Position numbers and translations under genes: made by a program. 64,000 nt of DNA from a virus. Lineage: Duplodnaviria > Heunggongvirae > Uroviricota > Caudoviricetes. The stretch lies in IMG/VR virus record IMGVR_UViG_3300028833_000054, positions 182,482-246,481 of that record. One strand, written 5' to 3'. The notes below the pieces were generated by a model. The model ran no database searches. It was given only the letters and a program-made list of their open reading frames with translations, and was not told the origin of the DNA. Below, in pieces: positions 45,833 through 56,381 of this stretch; positions within the stretch are counted from its first letter, which is position 1; each line of letters begins with the position of its first letter.

Positions 45833-46716
45833 TGTTGTAATTCTTCTTTTTTAATTAAATTTTCAAAGTATCTTACTGTATTTTCAAATACTCTGATTTT
45901 TGCAGCGTCTTCTGGTTTATTCTCTATTTTCAACAATCTAACTTTTGCTTTTGCTAAATCCAATTCAAAATAGTAATTAACTTTAAACCAGCTTCCAGTA
46001 TGTGAAATAGAATCTTTATGTATTCTATATATCAATAATTTATCTTTAAGCTTGTATGCAGTTCCTCCAAAAGAAAAGAATTCTGTCCAAAACATATAAT
46101 CTCCATAACTCGAATATTTGAATTTCAATTTATATTTAAGCAAAATATCTCTTCTTATACAAGAGCATTGATTACACCAAGATAATGGATGAAATACATG
46201 TTCTAAAGCAGGAGATTCATTAAATTTATCTGTTGCTTCATCATTAGGAAATACATCAAACCATCTTCTCTTCAAATCTGGCCATACTTCTTTTGACTCC
46301 TCTGGATTCTCCAATTGTCCAGTTAAGCTATTAGACCATTTCGGAATAACTGTACTACAACACGCATCATATTCATGATGATTATCCATAAATTCTACAT
46401 ACTTTTCAATCAATGTTTTATCAGGTATATCATCACCATCTAAACGAATAATATATTCTGTATCACAAAGTTGATATGATAAATTGTGTGCATCAATATA
46501 TGGCTTTGTCTTGTCTGTGCAATTTATATATAACTTAAATCTTTCATCTTGTTTACAAAACATTTCATAAATAATCTGAATGCTGTTGTCAGTTGACCAG
46601 TCATCAACAATATAGCACACAAAATCTTTGTAAGTTTGTGACTGAATAGCTTTGAGTGTAGGAATTATAAAATTTTCTACATTATGTACGGCCATTGCGA
46701 TTCCAACTTTCATCAT
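45829..46716 (-). CDS. GT2-family glycosyltransferase (paralog A)
   Basis: VGIAMAVHNVENFIIPTLKAIQSQTYKDFVCYIVDDWSTDNS, ERFKLYIN, YIDAHNLSY, DGDD. Confidence 0.75.
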   Translation of the reverse strand: MMKVGIAMAVHNVENFIIPTLKAIQSQTYKDFVCYIVDDWSTDNSIQIIYEMFCKQDERFKLYINCTDKTKPYIDAHNLSYQLCDTEYIIRLDGDDIPDKTLIEKYVEFMDNHHEYDACCSTVIPKWSNSLTGQLENPEESKEVWPDLKRRWFDVFPNDEATDKFNESPALEHVFHPLSWCNQCSCIRRDILLKYKLKFKYSSYGDYMFWTEFFSFGGTAYKLKDKLLIYRIHKDSISHTGSWFKVNYYFELDLAKAKVRLLKIENKPEDAAKIRVFENTVRYFENLIKKEELQQ

Positions 46717-47876
46717 CTCAAATCCATTATAAAATATGTTTCACCTACACCGTTGTTATATTTTAAGTATGCTCTCCAAACCTCATCTTGATTTCTTGCA
46801 TAAACAACATGATTTCCAGTCTGTATTGCATATTCCAAAAATATAGCAAACATTGTATCATCTATATGCTCTTCAGTAAATACAAAAGTATGTCCTTTAA
46901 CACAATTCATAACAGATATAACCTGTGTCATCAGAGCATATACTTGTTTAGTAGAATTGTTAAATTGAATAACATTATATGAATTAAGTATATCTTTCCA
47001 TTTTTCTCCTATCTTATGCATATCTTGTGAATTGATAAAGAATGCATTGATATACTTTTCTATAGAAAAATTAGATTCATTTTCACATAGAAAATAATTT
47101 GATGTGTTCAAAGTAGGAGTTCCATCAGGCCAACCTCTGCTTGCTTTCTTAATCCATTCATCAAATGATTTTGTATAATAATGTTTCACATAACCGCATC
47201 TATATTTAGGAGGAAAATGAGTATGTGATTGATAATCAACTACATGTAATCCTCCAATATTGTATTTAACTGGATTTGAACACATTGGAATATGTGAACC
47301 GTTAAACCAACAATTTTGAAATCTATCATATCCTCCTCTCAATATTGATTTGACAAATACATTTTCTTTGAACATCAATATTGGTTTAACAGGCTCTGGA
47401 AATCTTTCTTGTACTGAACCCTCTTCTTTATGATATTTTCCATTACTTCCATATACAATCCAATTAAAAGATATTGCATCTTCTTGAATCGTATCCAAAA
47501 ATTCCTTTATGTTACTATATACTCCTAATTCAAGAAATTCGTCAGCGTCAAAATATCCACACCATTTGTAATTTCCTTCATGCGCAAACATAGAATATAT
47601 CTGAACTTGAAAAGAGTCAAATCCTCTACAATCAAATATTTCTACTGTTTTATTTTCAATATAGTCTTTCAACAAAGTTTCTACAGAAGCATCATCATTA
47701 TTATCACATATAATAACTTTGTCAAATCCTAAATTAAGATAATGATCTACATATTCTATTAAATAATCATTTTCTCCTTTTGCACATGTAAATACAAGAT
47801 ACTTTTCTGCATCATCTGGGTCTTTATGATAGTATCTATCTATTTTATCTGTATGAAAATGATACACTTCGTTCAT
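46713..47876 (-). CDS. Putative GT-A-fold glycosyltransferase (DUF23/GT92-like)
   Basis: YLVFTCAKGENDYLIEYVDHYLNLGFDKVIICDNNDD and FDADEFLE (DxD). Confidence 0.45.
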   Translation of the reverse strand: MNEVYHFHTDKIDRYYHKDPDDAEKYLVFTCAKGENDYLIEYVDHYLNLGFDKVIICDNNDDASVETLLKDYIENKTVEIFDCRGFDSFQVQIYSMFAHEGNYKWCGYFDADEFLELGVYSNIKEFLDTIQEDAISFNWIVYGSNGKYHKEEGSVQERFPEPVKPILMFKENVFVKSILRGGYDRFQNCWFNGSHIPMCSNPVKYNIGGLHVVDYQSHTHFPPKYRCGYVKHYYTKSFDEWIKKASRGWPDGTPTLNTSNYFLCENESNFSIEKYINAFFINSQDMHKIGEKWKDILNSYNVIQFNNSTKQVYALMTQVISVMNCVKGHTFVFTEEHIDDTMFAIFLEYAIQTGNHVVYARNQDEVWRAYLKYNNGVGETYFIMDLR

Positions 47877-48325
47877 TACTTTTTAATTTGATTTATCAAT
47901 TCCTCAATTCTTATTCTATTATTTATAGCATAAATAATTGAGTCAATTGTTTTTATAGTTTCCAACATATACTTTGCATGTTGGTCTAGAAGTTCAATTT
48001 GATATTTTTCATCTTTTAAATCAGCATCAATTTGTGCATTGATTGCAGCCTCAGAAGAATATCTAATTTGTGCTTGTGTTTTATAATAGTTGTATTTTTG
48101 TGAATACTTAAATTTATATTCTCTGCTCAAGTATGAAATTTTAGACAACAACCCAAAATAATAATCAAGAGAATCTTGTCTTCTTGAATATATGACATTT
48201 TGCAGGTCTGGTAGATCTGCAAAATTTTTCATTTTTCCATTGAGTTCAGTAATCAAACTTGACCATTTCTGCTGATGCTCAAGAATATAATCTTCTAAAG
48301 TTTGTGGTTTCTGCTCTTCCATCAA
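47876..48325 (-). CDS. Hypothetical protein (coiled-coil-like)
   Basis: 149-aa ORF. Confidence 0.4.
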   Translation of the reverse strand: MMEEQKPQTLEDYILEHQQKWSSLITELNGKMKNFADLPDLQNVIYSRRQDSLDYYFGLLSKISYLSREYKFKYSQKYNYYKTQAQIRYSSEAAINAQIDADLKDEKYQIELLDQHAKYMLETIKTIDSIIYAINNRIRIEELINQIKK

Positions 48326-49146
48326 TCACAAAGATTTTTATATTTTATCTTTTCTTCTTTATACTTTTTTACTTGTTCATAATCTTTTTGCAAAGCAAAT
48401 CTTGTTTCTTTAAATTCTGACAATTTTGCCATAATATTATAGGGCACAAAGTAAAAATCAGAAGTAGAAGATGCATTTGTTTTATAATCACAATGAATAG
48501 ATTTTTCTACATTTGATTTATATAATCTTCCTCCACAGGCAAGTACATTCCACCAAAAAATATAATCACCTAATCCGTATGATATATACTTTGGATGATA
48601 TTTATCATAAAATGATTTTCTTATAGATGAAGAAGGATTTGACCAAATAACAGTATTTCCGCAATATGAATAGGCATTGTTTTTGTTGAACCAATCTAAT
48701 TCTTCTTTGCTGTGTGCATCTGCAAAGTCTTTGTCTTCTTCATATGTCAATTCAATTATTTCTCCATTTACAGCTTTGCATCTTTTCATTTTTGTTGAAA
48801 ATGCATCTATATTTGGATGTGTATTTAAGAATTCGACATGAAACTTTAAGTAATCTTCATATAAAATATCATCTGCATCTATTCTGAACAAATATTCTCC
48901 ATTTGCATATTCATAAGATAAATTGTGTGAATCAATATACTTGTCTGCTGTTATATTTACAAACAACTTAAATCTATTATCTTTCAAACAATACTCTTCA
49001 AGAATAATTTTTGCAGTATTATCTGTAGAATGATCATCTACTATAATAACTTCAAAATCAGTATATGTCTGTTTGATAATAGAATCTAATGTTTTTCGTA
49101 TACTTAATTCATTGTTATATGTTCCTATGCAAATACTAACTAACAT
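48322..49146 (-). CDS. GT2-family glycosyltransferase (paralog B)
   Basis: VSICIGTYNNELSIRKTLDSIIKQTYTDFEVIIVDDHSTDNT, NRFKLFVN, YIDSHNLSYEYA, DADD. Confidence 0.75.
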   Translation of the reverse strand: MLVSICIGTYNNELSIRKTLDSIIKQTYTDFEVIIVDDHSTDNTAKIILEEYCLKDNRFKLFVNITADKYIDSHNLSYEYANGEYLFRIDADDILYEDYLKFHVEFLNTHPNIDAFSTKMKRCKAVNGEIIELTYEEDKDFADAHSKEELDWFNKNNAYSYCGNTVIWSNPSSSIRKSFYDKYHPKYISYGLGDYIFWWNVLACGGRLYKSNVEKSIHCDYKTNASSTSDFYFVPYNIMAKLSEFKETRFALQKDYEQVKKYKEEKIKYKNLCD

Positions 49147-50387
49147 TATTCTGCAGTATCACTTTCAAGGAATTCATCAATGTCAGATGCAGCATCTTGT
49201 GAAGGAAGTTCAAATGAAGGACGAATTATAGTTTCATCAAGATTATGAAGTACTTCATCAGTCAATACTTTACTTGTCCACAATTCTGTAATAGGAAGTT
49301 CTTCTCCAAGGTGTTTAACGATAATCTTCCTACTCTTCTGTGTTGCACCAATCTTAGGAAAAGCATATTTTGTTTCACCGTTGAACTCGAATATCTTAAC
49401 AATTTCTTTGTCCTTATCACTAAGCTTATCATATTCTTTTTGAGTCAATAAAATTCCTTCCATAATTCCAGAATTCTCCCATGTCAAATATGCTTCAAGA
49501 CCAACATAAGGATTAGGTGCTTTGAAAAAAGGAATATTAAACTTAACCTTCTGCGGAATAGTAAATCTTGATTTCTCAGGTTTTGCAGTAACAATAACAC
49601 CAGTCTTTGTAAAATCACCAATTTTCTTCTCTGCAATCTTATCAGATTCTTTATCATCAAGCTTTGCGGTTGAAAGCATCAAAGTGACTGAAGAATTGTA
49701 TTGAATACCAGAGCCGCCAGAAACTACACTCTTAGAGAACAAATCCTGTGTCTGATAAATGTGGGAGCAAACAATCATTGGTGCTTGAGCCCTTGCAAGA
49801 GCAGTAGCATTTGTTCTGAACAAAGCTTTAATCTCTTGCTGTTTTGTCATATCTCTCTTTTGATTAGCTTCAAGAGTATCTGTCAATTCTTTTGTAGAGG
49901 TGAGGTTTCCAAGTGAGTCAAGGACAAATATCAATTTCGGCCTAGAGTCCTCAGGTTGGTCATTTACCTTCTTCAGGAGGTTTGCCATAAAAGTACTTAC
50001 CTCTGAAATAGTAGTAACTTGTTTAATAACAAACTTTGTCGCGTCACAACCAAGTCTCTCAATAAAGTCTTTGTCAATTGCTCCTTCAGAATCCATATAA
50101 ACTGGTGTATATCCTTTCTTCTGTGCTTCACGACAAGCAGAAACTGCAAGATAAGATTTACCTGCACCTGGAGCACCTGCAAGAGTTGTAACTCTGCCAG
50201 ACGGAATTCCTTTGAACAAAGAACCTGTCATACAAGCATTAAGAATATAACTTCCTGAATTGATATATTCTTTGATAACAGCTGTCTTACTTTCAGAAAG
50301 AATTTCTGCAGAATTATCAACAGAACTAATTAAATCAAACACTGACATTTCTTTATCAGTAGTTGTTATAGATGATTTCTTTGCCAT
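49146..50387 (-). CDS. uvsX: UvsX-like (RecA/Rad51 superfamily) recombinase
   Basis: Walker A LAGAPGAGKS. FVLDSLGNLTSTKE and DMTKQQEIKALFR compare with T4 UvsX VFIDSLGNLASKKE and DMTRAKTMKSLFR. Confidence 0.8.
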   Translation of the reverse strand: MAKKSSITTTDKEMSVFDLISSVDNSAEILSESKTAVIKEYINSGSYILNACMTGSLFKGIPSGRVTTLAGAPGAGKSYLAVSACREAQKKGYTPVYMDSEGAIDKDFIERLGCDATKFVIKQVTTISEVSTFMANLLKKVNDQPEDSRPKLIFVLDSLGNLTSTKELTDTLEANQKRDMTKQQEIKALFRTNATALARAQAPMIVCSHIYQTQDLFSKSVVSGGSGIQYNSSVTLMLSTAKLDDKESDKIAEKKIGDFTKTGVIVTAKPEKSRFTIPQKVKFNIPFFKAPNPYVGLEAYLTWENSGIMEGILLTQKEYDKLSDKDKEIVKIFEFNGETKYAFPKIGATQKSRKIIVKHLGEELPITELWTSKVLTDEVLHNLDETIIRPSFELPSQDAASDIDEFLESDTAE

Positions 50388-50442
50388 AAACTAATAATTA
50401 ACAATTTAATATTTTATCAAAAAAATAAGAAGTATATTTCTT

Positions 50443-51273
50443 TTATGAAATAACTTCTTCATAAAGGTATTCATTTTCCTTTATTTTTCTTTTTACCACT
50501 TCATCTGCATCAATTTTAACAAAACACAACCCAGGAGGAGATGGTAAAAAATCAACTATACCACTTTCTGCTACAAAAATATTTGGAACAAATTGTATTG
50601 ATGTATCAATTCCTGCATAATATTCATACAAAGCTTTATTCAAATAAGATTCTTCATTTACTTTTGGTATATAGTGATGGTCTTTAAGGTCTTTACCTAT
50701 CAAATATTCTATTTTTGTACACAACTTATTAAATTCTTTTGGTGCAGCGGCACAGAAACAAGCACCTATCCATAAAAATTCAGAATAAGGAATGTATGAA
50801 GCCTTTGTATTATCTGTTTCTTGTAAAGTTTGAATACATTTTATATCATAATATGGATTTTGACCGGGTATATAAATTTCATCATGAATCGCTTTAGTAT
50901 ACATAATATGATATGATATAAGAACCTTTCCTGTATAAAAATGATTACTTATATTTGTCCAAAAGTCGGCAGGTCTTTCAATAAAAGAACTGTCAGCATC
51001 AACAAATATAGTAGCATCTGCATCATAGTCTAAAACTCCTTTAATATATGAAAACTTCATATAATTTACTATTGGATACGGAAGTTGATATATTTTATGT
51101 ACATTGAACTTCAAAAATGAATCATTTCTAAATTTCTCGAAATACTCCAAATTATCAGTAAGTATATCTATTATCTTCTGTGACCCAGGAAATAAATTAT
51201 CTAACGATGCAAAAAGCTTATCTGCAAAGATGCAATAAACACTTGTTGCTATATAAACTAATTGTATAGTCAT
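50443..51273 (-). CDS. Hypothetical protein; possible nucleotide-sugar transferase (GT-A-like)
   Basis: IFVDADSSFIE DxD-like motif after a hydrophobic strand. Weak. Confidence 0.3.
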   Translation of the reverse strand: MTIQLVYIATSVYCIFADKLFASLDNLFPGSQKIIDILTDNLEYFEKFRNDSFLKFNVHKIYQLPYPIVNYMKFSYIKGVLDYDADATIFVDADSSFIERPADFWTNISNHFYTGKVLISYHIMYTKAIHDEIYIPGQNPYYDIKCIQTLQETDNTKASYIPYSEFLWIGACFCAAAPKEFNKLCTKIEYLIGKDLKDHHYIPKVNEESYLNKALYEYYAGIDTSIQFVPNIFVAESGIVDFLPSPPGLCFVKIDADEVVKRKIKENEYLYEEVIS

Positions 51274-51275
51274 AA

Positions 51276-52142
51276 TTACTTAAATTCTATTAAGTTTTCT
51301 TTTATGTAGTCAACAAAATTAAAAAAGTTTTTAAGGTCTTCAGGAAGATACAAATAGGAAATTATATGTCTGTAATTAGCATAGAAATCGTTTTCAGGGT
51401 CTTCATAATCTCTAAAGTCATCGAAGAAGAATTCAGACATTCCTTTTGCTCTTTGTTGAACAATAGATGAAGTTTTCAACGGAAGATAATTTCCTGGAAA
51501 ATCCTCTGCATAAAATCTATTATGCATTACAGGAAGAGGTCTCCGCAAAGATTCTTCATACAAGGCAGGAACATTAATCCAATAAAATGAACCAGGGTAT
51601 TGCCAACGATATTTTGAACAAGTTAATCGTTCAGAATAATATGCAAAATGACCACAAAGTATTTGTCTATTGACACGTATCAATCTATTTTTTAATTCTT
51701 CAATATCATGCAAATTGAAATAATACATAGATAATACCCAATCTATTGTAGAGTCATTTAAAGAATTTGTTGCTCCTTTACTATGTGCAAAAAATACAAT
51801 TGATTTTTCTGCTGACATCTTATCAAATACTCTTGTTTTAAGAGTTTCTCCTTCTCTGTAGTCAATATTATTTTGTACTACATTAAATGTAACATTTTTA
51901 TAAATTCCTATATTGAAAAATCTTTCCTCCCAAGTTCTTATAAGTTTTTCATCATTTGTATCAGAAACAGAAAATGTTATATCATATTCATCAAATACAT
52001 TTGCAAACTCCTTTAAGCACGTAAAATGATATTTGTATATCTCAGGAATTTCACCATCTGGGATATACAAATGATAAACTAATTTGAATTTTGGAGTTTC
52101 CATATTATTTCCAATAAGAATAAAGTCCTTTATTAATTTCAT
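51276..52142 (-). CDS. Hypothetical protein
   Basis: 288-aa ORF within the glycosyltransferase cluster. Confidence 0.35.
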   Translation of the reverse strand: MKLIKDFILIGNNMETPKFKLVYHLYIPDGEIPEIYKYHFTCLKEFANVFDEYDITFSVSDTNDEKLIRTWEERFFNIGIYKNVTFNVVQNNIDYREGETLKTRVFDKMSAEKSIVFFAHSKGATNSLNDSTIDWVLSMYYFNLHDIEELKNRLIRVNRQILCGHFAYYSERLTCSKYRWQYPGSFYWINVPALYEESLRRPLPVMHNRFYAEDFPGNYLPLKTSSIVQQRAKGMSEFFFDDFRDYEDPENDFYANYRHIISYLYLPEDLKNFFNFVDYIKENLIEFK

Positions 52143-53124
52143 ATTCAGGCCACTTAAACCTGTCTCTCATCTTAAGAGTCTTTGCCCAATTCCACATCTT
52201 TCTCAATCCTATTTCAAGACCATGATTGTCTGCATAATCAAGCAAGTCAATTGATTTTTGATATGAAGGAACTGCATGCTTAACTTCATATCTTGCCTCC
52301 TTGTAAACAACTTCAGCATCCCAACCAAATACTTCGAGCATCATTTCTTTAGCTTCATTGATTGTGCAAGCCTTTGTACCGCCAACATTTATAATCTGTT
52401 TACTTGCTTCTTTATATGTTGCTGCAGCCCACAAACAAGGTGTTGTATCATCAATATAGCTGAATGCTCTTGTCTGTTCACCAGAACCATACACTGTAAG
52501 TGGTTCACCATTAAGATGTTGATACATCCAAATACCTAATACATTTCTATATCTGTCAAAAATATTCTGACCGATTCCATAAACATTGTGAGGTCTGATT
52601 ATACACCAATCAAGACCGTGTTGTAATCCTGCAGATTGTATATCAAGTTCACAAGCATATTTTGATATTGCATAAGGGTCAAGAGGATGAGGAGTAAGTG
52701 TTTCATCAAATAATTCACCTTTTATTCCATCACCGTAAACACTCATTGATGATGTGTAAACAAGACGCTTAACATCATATTCAATACAACAATTGATTAT
52801 ATTAGCAGTTGAAATAGAGTTGTTACTCCAATTGAATCTTCTAATAAATGGTGACAATCCTTCTGCGGCATAAGCAGCAAGATGAAAAACATAAGTAGGA
52901 CGGTACTTGTCAAAAATTTCCATCAACTTGACATCTTCAACATCAGATTTTATAAAAACAAAATTCTTATAATTCTCTGTCAGTCCATCAAGATTCTCTT
53001 GCAACCCACCAAACAAGTTGTCAATTCCAACGACAGTATATTCAGGAAATCTTCTTAAAATATAATCTGCTAAATTAGAACCTAATAAACCAGCTACTCC
53101 TGTGATAATTATTGATTTTCCCAT
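52105..53124 (-). CDS. NAD-dependent sugar epimerase/dehydratase (extended SDR)
   Basis: Rossmann ITGVAGLLGSNLADYIL, catalytic SMSVYG and YAISKYACE (YxxxK). Confidence 0.7.
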   Translation of the reverse strand: MGKSIIITGVAGLLGSNLADYILRRFPEYTVVGIDNLFGGLQENLDGLTENYKNFVFIKSDVEDVKLMEIFDKYRPTYVFHLAAYAAEGLSPFIRRFNWSNNSISTANIINCCIEYDVKRLVYTSSMSVYGDGIKGELFDETLTPHPLDPYAISKYACELDIQSAGLQHGLDWCIIRPHNVYGIGQNIFDRYRNVLGIWMYQHLNGEPLTVYGSGEQTRAFSYIDDTTPCLWAAATYKEASKQIINVGGTKACTINEAKEMMLEVFGWDAEVVYKEARYEVKHAVPSYQKSIDLLDYADNHGLEIGLRKMWNWAKTLKMRDRFKWPEYEINKGLYSYWK

Positions 53125-53591
53125 TCTCGTAAATGAATTATTCTTTGGTTTGAACTTCCTCTAAAAGGAAGACTCAAATCCCGTTGAGCATATCTATATG
53201 GACCATCAACAAGTATATCACATTTTTTAAGTATTGCTTTCTTCAACGGGTGTTTAATAAGATTTTCATATACATCTCCACTATAAACCCAAATATCTTT
53301 ATCAGGAAATTTTGTTTTTATTTCACAAATAAGAAAGTACAACTCAATTAAACTCTTTAAATTCTGGTCTAAAGGGTCTCCTCCTGACAGTGTAATTCCT
53401 TTGATATAAGATTTATCAAGTTTGGTAAAAAGGTCCTTCTTAATTTCTCTAAGAGCCTTCCCTTGTTTGTAATTCCATGTTTCTGGATTATGACAACCTT
53501 TACAATGATGAGAACAACCTGCTACCCAGAGCGTTACCCTAAATCCTTCTCCATTATTTACATCTGGCGATGTTATATTCAAATATCTCAT
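53109..53591 (-). CDS. nrdG: Anaerobic ribonucleotide reductase activating protein (radical SAM)
   Basis: VAGCSHHCKGCHNPETW (Cx3Cx2C) plus glycine-rich SAM motif GITLSGGDPL. 160 aa. Confidence 0.7.
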   Translation of the reverse strand: MRYLNITSPDVNNGEGFRVTLWVAGCSHHCKGCHNPETWNYKQGKALREIKKDLFTKLDKSYIKGITLSGGDPLDQNLKSLIELYFLICEIKTKFPDKDIWVYSGDVYENLIKHPLKKAILKKCDILVDGPYRYAQRDLSLPFRGSSNQRIIHLREWENQ

Positions 53592-53594
53592 ATA

Positions 53595-54551
53595 TTATAT
53601 AATATTCTCTATCTTATATTTTTCTATAACTTTATCATAATTGCCTTCTTCGACAAGACAGTCTTTAAAATACATTGCAGTATTAAACATCACTTCTTTA
53701 ACATTTGCAACGGTAACATCATTCTTTACTATATGTTTGTCATCATATAGAGTTAAAGCAATATAAGTAAAATATGCAATATAGTAGTATTGTAAATTGC
53801 TATATTTTTGATAACATGCTGGTTCTTCTACTTCCTTTTCATAATCCCATGTTGAAGAAGCATTTGGACCTGTATATATAATTTTATACTCATCTACTAT
53901 ATGAAGTTTTCCACCTAATGCCATTACTTGTAACCAAAATATAGTATCACCTGCCATATAATGAATACATTTTGGATGATGTTTGTCATAAAATGATTTT
54001 CTTAAACAAGACCCAGGATTGTGATACAAATATACATCATCACAATATCCTGCCAAATGAGATATTGCTGGAGGACAATTATTAAAATATGAAACCCACT
54101 CATCATAATTTTTAATAATATGTGGTTCATATCTGCTTTTATCAATATTATTGATATCTATTATCCTCGTATTTTCATAAAATATCAATTTTCCGCTACA
54201 TCCATCTATATCAGGATGTGCATCCATATAATTAACAAAGCACTCTAAAAAGTCTGGAAGCAATACATCGTCATGGTCAAGTCTAAAAAGCAATTCGCCG
54301 GAAGCATATTCATATGATTTGTTGAAAGAATCAATATATGGCCATTTACAATTTGTAGTATTTACAAATAATTTAAACCTCTTGTCTCTTACACAATATT
54401 CATTTGAAACAATATTTACCGTATTGTCTGTAGAATAATCATCTACTATAATTACCTCATAATCATTGAAAGTTTGAGACAATACAGAATCTAATGTCCG
54501 GCGAATTGTTTTTTCAGAGTTATATGTTGTTACACATATACTTACTTTCAT
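53595..54551 (-). CDS. GT2-family glycosyltransferase (paralog C) between nrdD and nrdG
   Basis: VSICVTTYNSEKTIRRTLDSVLSQTFNDYEVIIVDDYSTDNT, KRFKLFVN, YIDSFNKSYEYA, DHDDVLLPDFLE. Confidence 0.75.
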   Translation of the reverse strand: MKVSICVTTYNSEKTIRRTLDSVLSQTFNDYEVIIVDDYSTDNTVNIVSNEYCVRDKRFKLFVNTTNCKWPYIDSFNKSYEYASGELLFRLDHDDVLLPDFLECFVNYMDAHPDIDGCSGKLIFYENTRIIDINNIDKSRYEPHIIKNYDEWVSYFNNCPPAISHLAGYCDDVYLYHNPGSCLRKSFYDKHHPKCIHYMAGDTIFWLQVMALGGKLHIVDEYKIIYTGPNASSTWDYEKEVEEPACYQKYSNLQYYYIAYFTYIALTLYDDKHIVKNDVTVANVKEVMFNTAMYFKDCLVEEGNYDKVIEKYKIENII

Positions 54552-54554
54552 ATA

Positions 54555-56297
54555 TTAATTTTTAATATGTTTTACTCTATCTTTTGTTTCTGCAATTTTA
54601 CCGTTGTTAAAAGCAGTAGTATAATTACCTGTAAGATAACCAGTTACACGACGAAGTCTTGTAATATTGTCACTTCCACACTTTGGACATTTTTCACCAA
54701 TCTCATCTTGATAACCGCAATCCTCACAGCAGTCAAGAGGAAGGTTGACAGCAAAATAAGGAATATCCTTGTCCATTGCATAATTGACAAGAGTTTCAAG
54801 AGCATCAATGTTGTTCTTTACTGTAGAAGGAAGCTCAACATAAGTAATTGTTCCTGCATTTCCCTTGTTTGCCCACTGTGACTCAATATCGATCTTCTGG
54901 AAGGGGTCCATCTCTTTCCAAACAGGAACGTGGATAGAGTTGGTGAAATAATCTCTGTCAGAAACTCCTTCAATGATTCCGTATTTCTTTCTGAAGTTCT
55001 TCAATGCAGTGTAGCAAAGATTCTCTGCAGGTGTGAAATAAACACCGAAATTAAGTTTGTATTCCTCCTTATACTTCTTGCAAGTATCACCATACAACTT
55101 AACTATTTCATCTGTGAGTTCCTTTCCTATACCAACAAAATGGTCACAGCCAAACAAAGCGTGAGAAGTCTCATTCATACCGAGAAGGCCGATGGTCAAA
55201 GTTCCGTGCTTGAGAGCCGATACAATTCCTTCTTCAGGAATATAACCAGCCATTGTGTGATTTTCATACATAAACTTTGCTGACTCCATAGGTTGTTTGC
55301 AAATCCAGTTGAAACGCTCAATCAACATATCCTTTGCTTCTTCCAACTTTGTCTTCATCATCTCAATGAAATATCTCTTCAACATTTCATCGGTATACAT
55401 ATTGTTGGTCTCTGCAATACATTTCTCCTTAGCTTCCATTGCAATTGTAGGAAGAATAATTGTAACAGGACAAATGTTTCCTCTACCGTCTTTCTGCTGT
55501 CCGAGACCATTAATATCAAATCCATTAACAGTTCTGCAACCCATTGTAGCATAATATGTTAAAGGATTATTTCTATCCCAACCAGCATTCATTGTAGTAT
55601 CACAGTTACAGTAGTTAGGATAAATTCTCTGCGCAGTTGACTTCAATGCAAGGCGGAACAAATCGTAGTTAGGTGAATCAGGTTCGCGGTTTACTCCCTT
55701 CATACATTGGAAAATTCCACAAGGGAAGATTGAAGTTCTGCCAAATTTACCAAGACCTTCAATTGAAACTTCAAGAAGAGCCTTAGTAATCATTCTTCCT
55801 TCATCAGAAGTACAGGTACCGTAGTTGATACTTGTAAAAGGAAGTTGATTTCCTGAACGTGACTGAAGAGTATTCAAATTATGATACATTCCTTCAACTG
55901 CCTGATGGATTTCTTTCTTAAGCATATCCATTGCATAATTGTAAACCTTAGCAGTGCAAGTTGCATAGAATTGGTCATTGATTGAAAGATTTTTCAACTC
56001 TTCTCTTGTCTTATTATCAATATCTTTCTCATCAATATATTTTGCTCCATCTTTAAAATGCTTGTAAAAACTCATTCTAACATAAGGAACCATTGTCCAA
56101 TCAAGATGGCTAGCTGAAACACCACCAAACTGTTGGAGTGACTGAAGTTGGAAAATAACAGCAACGAGCTGCATAGCAGTATTGACTGAACTTGCAGGAC
56201 GTACATCTGTCTGACGGGTATTGAAACCCTTATCTAGTAAATCATCAAAAGGAATAGTTAAACAGTTATGCATTCCTGTTGCATATGAATCTAAATC
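54555..56297 (-). CDS. nrdD: Anaerobic ribonucleoside-triphosphate reductase, exon 2
   Basis: Colinear with the NrdD body (NCLTIPFDDLLDKGF... matches E. coli NCMLIDLKGMLTQGF...). C-terminal Zn ribbon CCEDCGYQDEIGEKCPKCGS and glycyl-radical motif RLRRVTGYL. The in-frame extension upstream of the annotated Met gives ...DLDSYATGMHNC, matching NrdD HDLDYSPFFPMFNC. Confidence 0.8.
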   Translation of the reverse strand, partial: DLDSYATGMHNCLTIPFDDLLDKGFNTRQTDVRPASSVNTAMQLVAVIFQLQSLQQFGGVSASHLDWTMVPYVRMSFYKHFKDGAKYIDEKDIDNKTREELKNLSINDQFYATCTAKVYNYAMDMLKKEIHQAVEGMYHNLNTLQSRSGNQLPFTSINYGTCTSDEGRMITKALLEVSIEGLGKFGRTSIFPCGIFQCMKGVNREPDSPNYDLFRLALKSTAQRIYPNYCNCDTTMNAGWDRNNPLTYYATMGCRTVNGFDINGLGQQKDGRGNICPVTIILPTIAMEAKEKCIAETNNMYTDEMLKRYFIEMMKTKLEEAKDMLIERFNWICKQPMESAKFMYENHTMAGYIPEEGIVSALKHGTLTIGLLGMNETSHALFGCDHFVGIGKELTDEIVKLYGDTCKKYKEEYKLNFGVYFTPAENLCYTALKNFRKKYGIIEGVSDRDYFTNSIHVPVWKEMDPFQKIDIESQWANKGNAGTITYVELPSTVKNNIDALETLVNYAMDKDIPYFAVNLPLDCCEDCGYQDEIGEKCPKCGSDNITRLRRVTGYLTGNYTTAFNNGKIAETKDRVKHIKN

Positions 56298-56381
56298 CGT
56301 TTACTTCTATATTTTCATATAAAAACTGACTATATCATCAACCGTTTGGTTGTTGCGCACTTCGAATAGTTCTGCATTACT

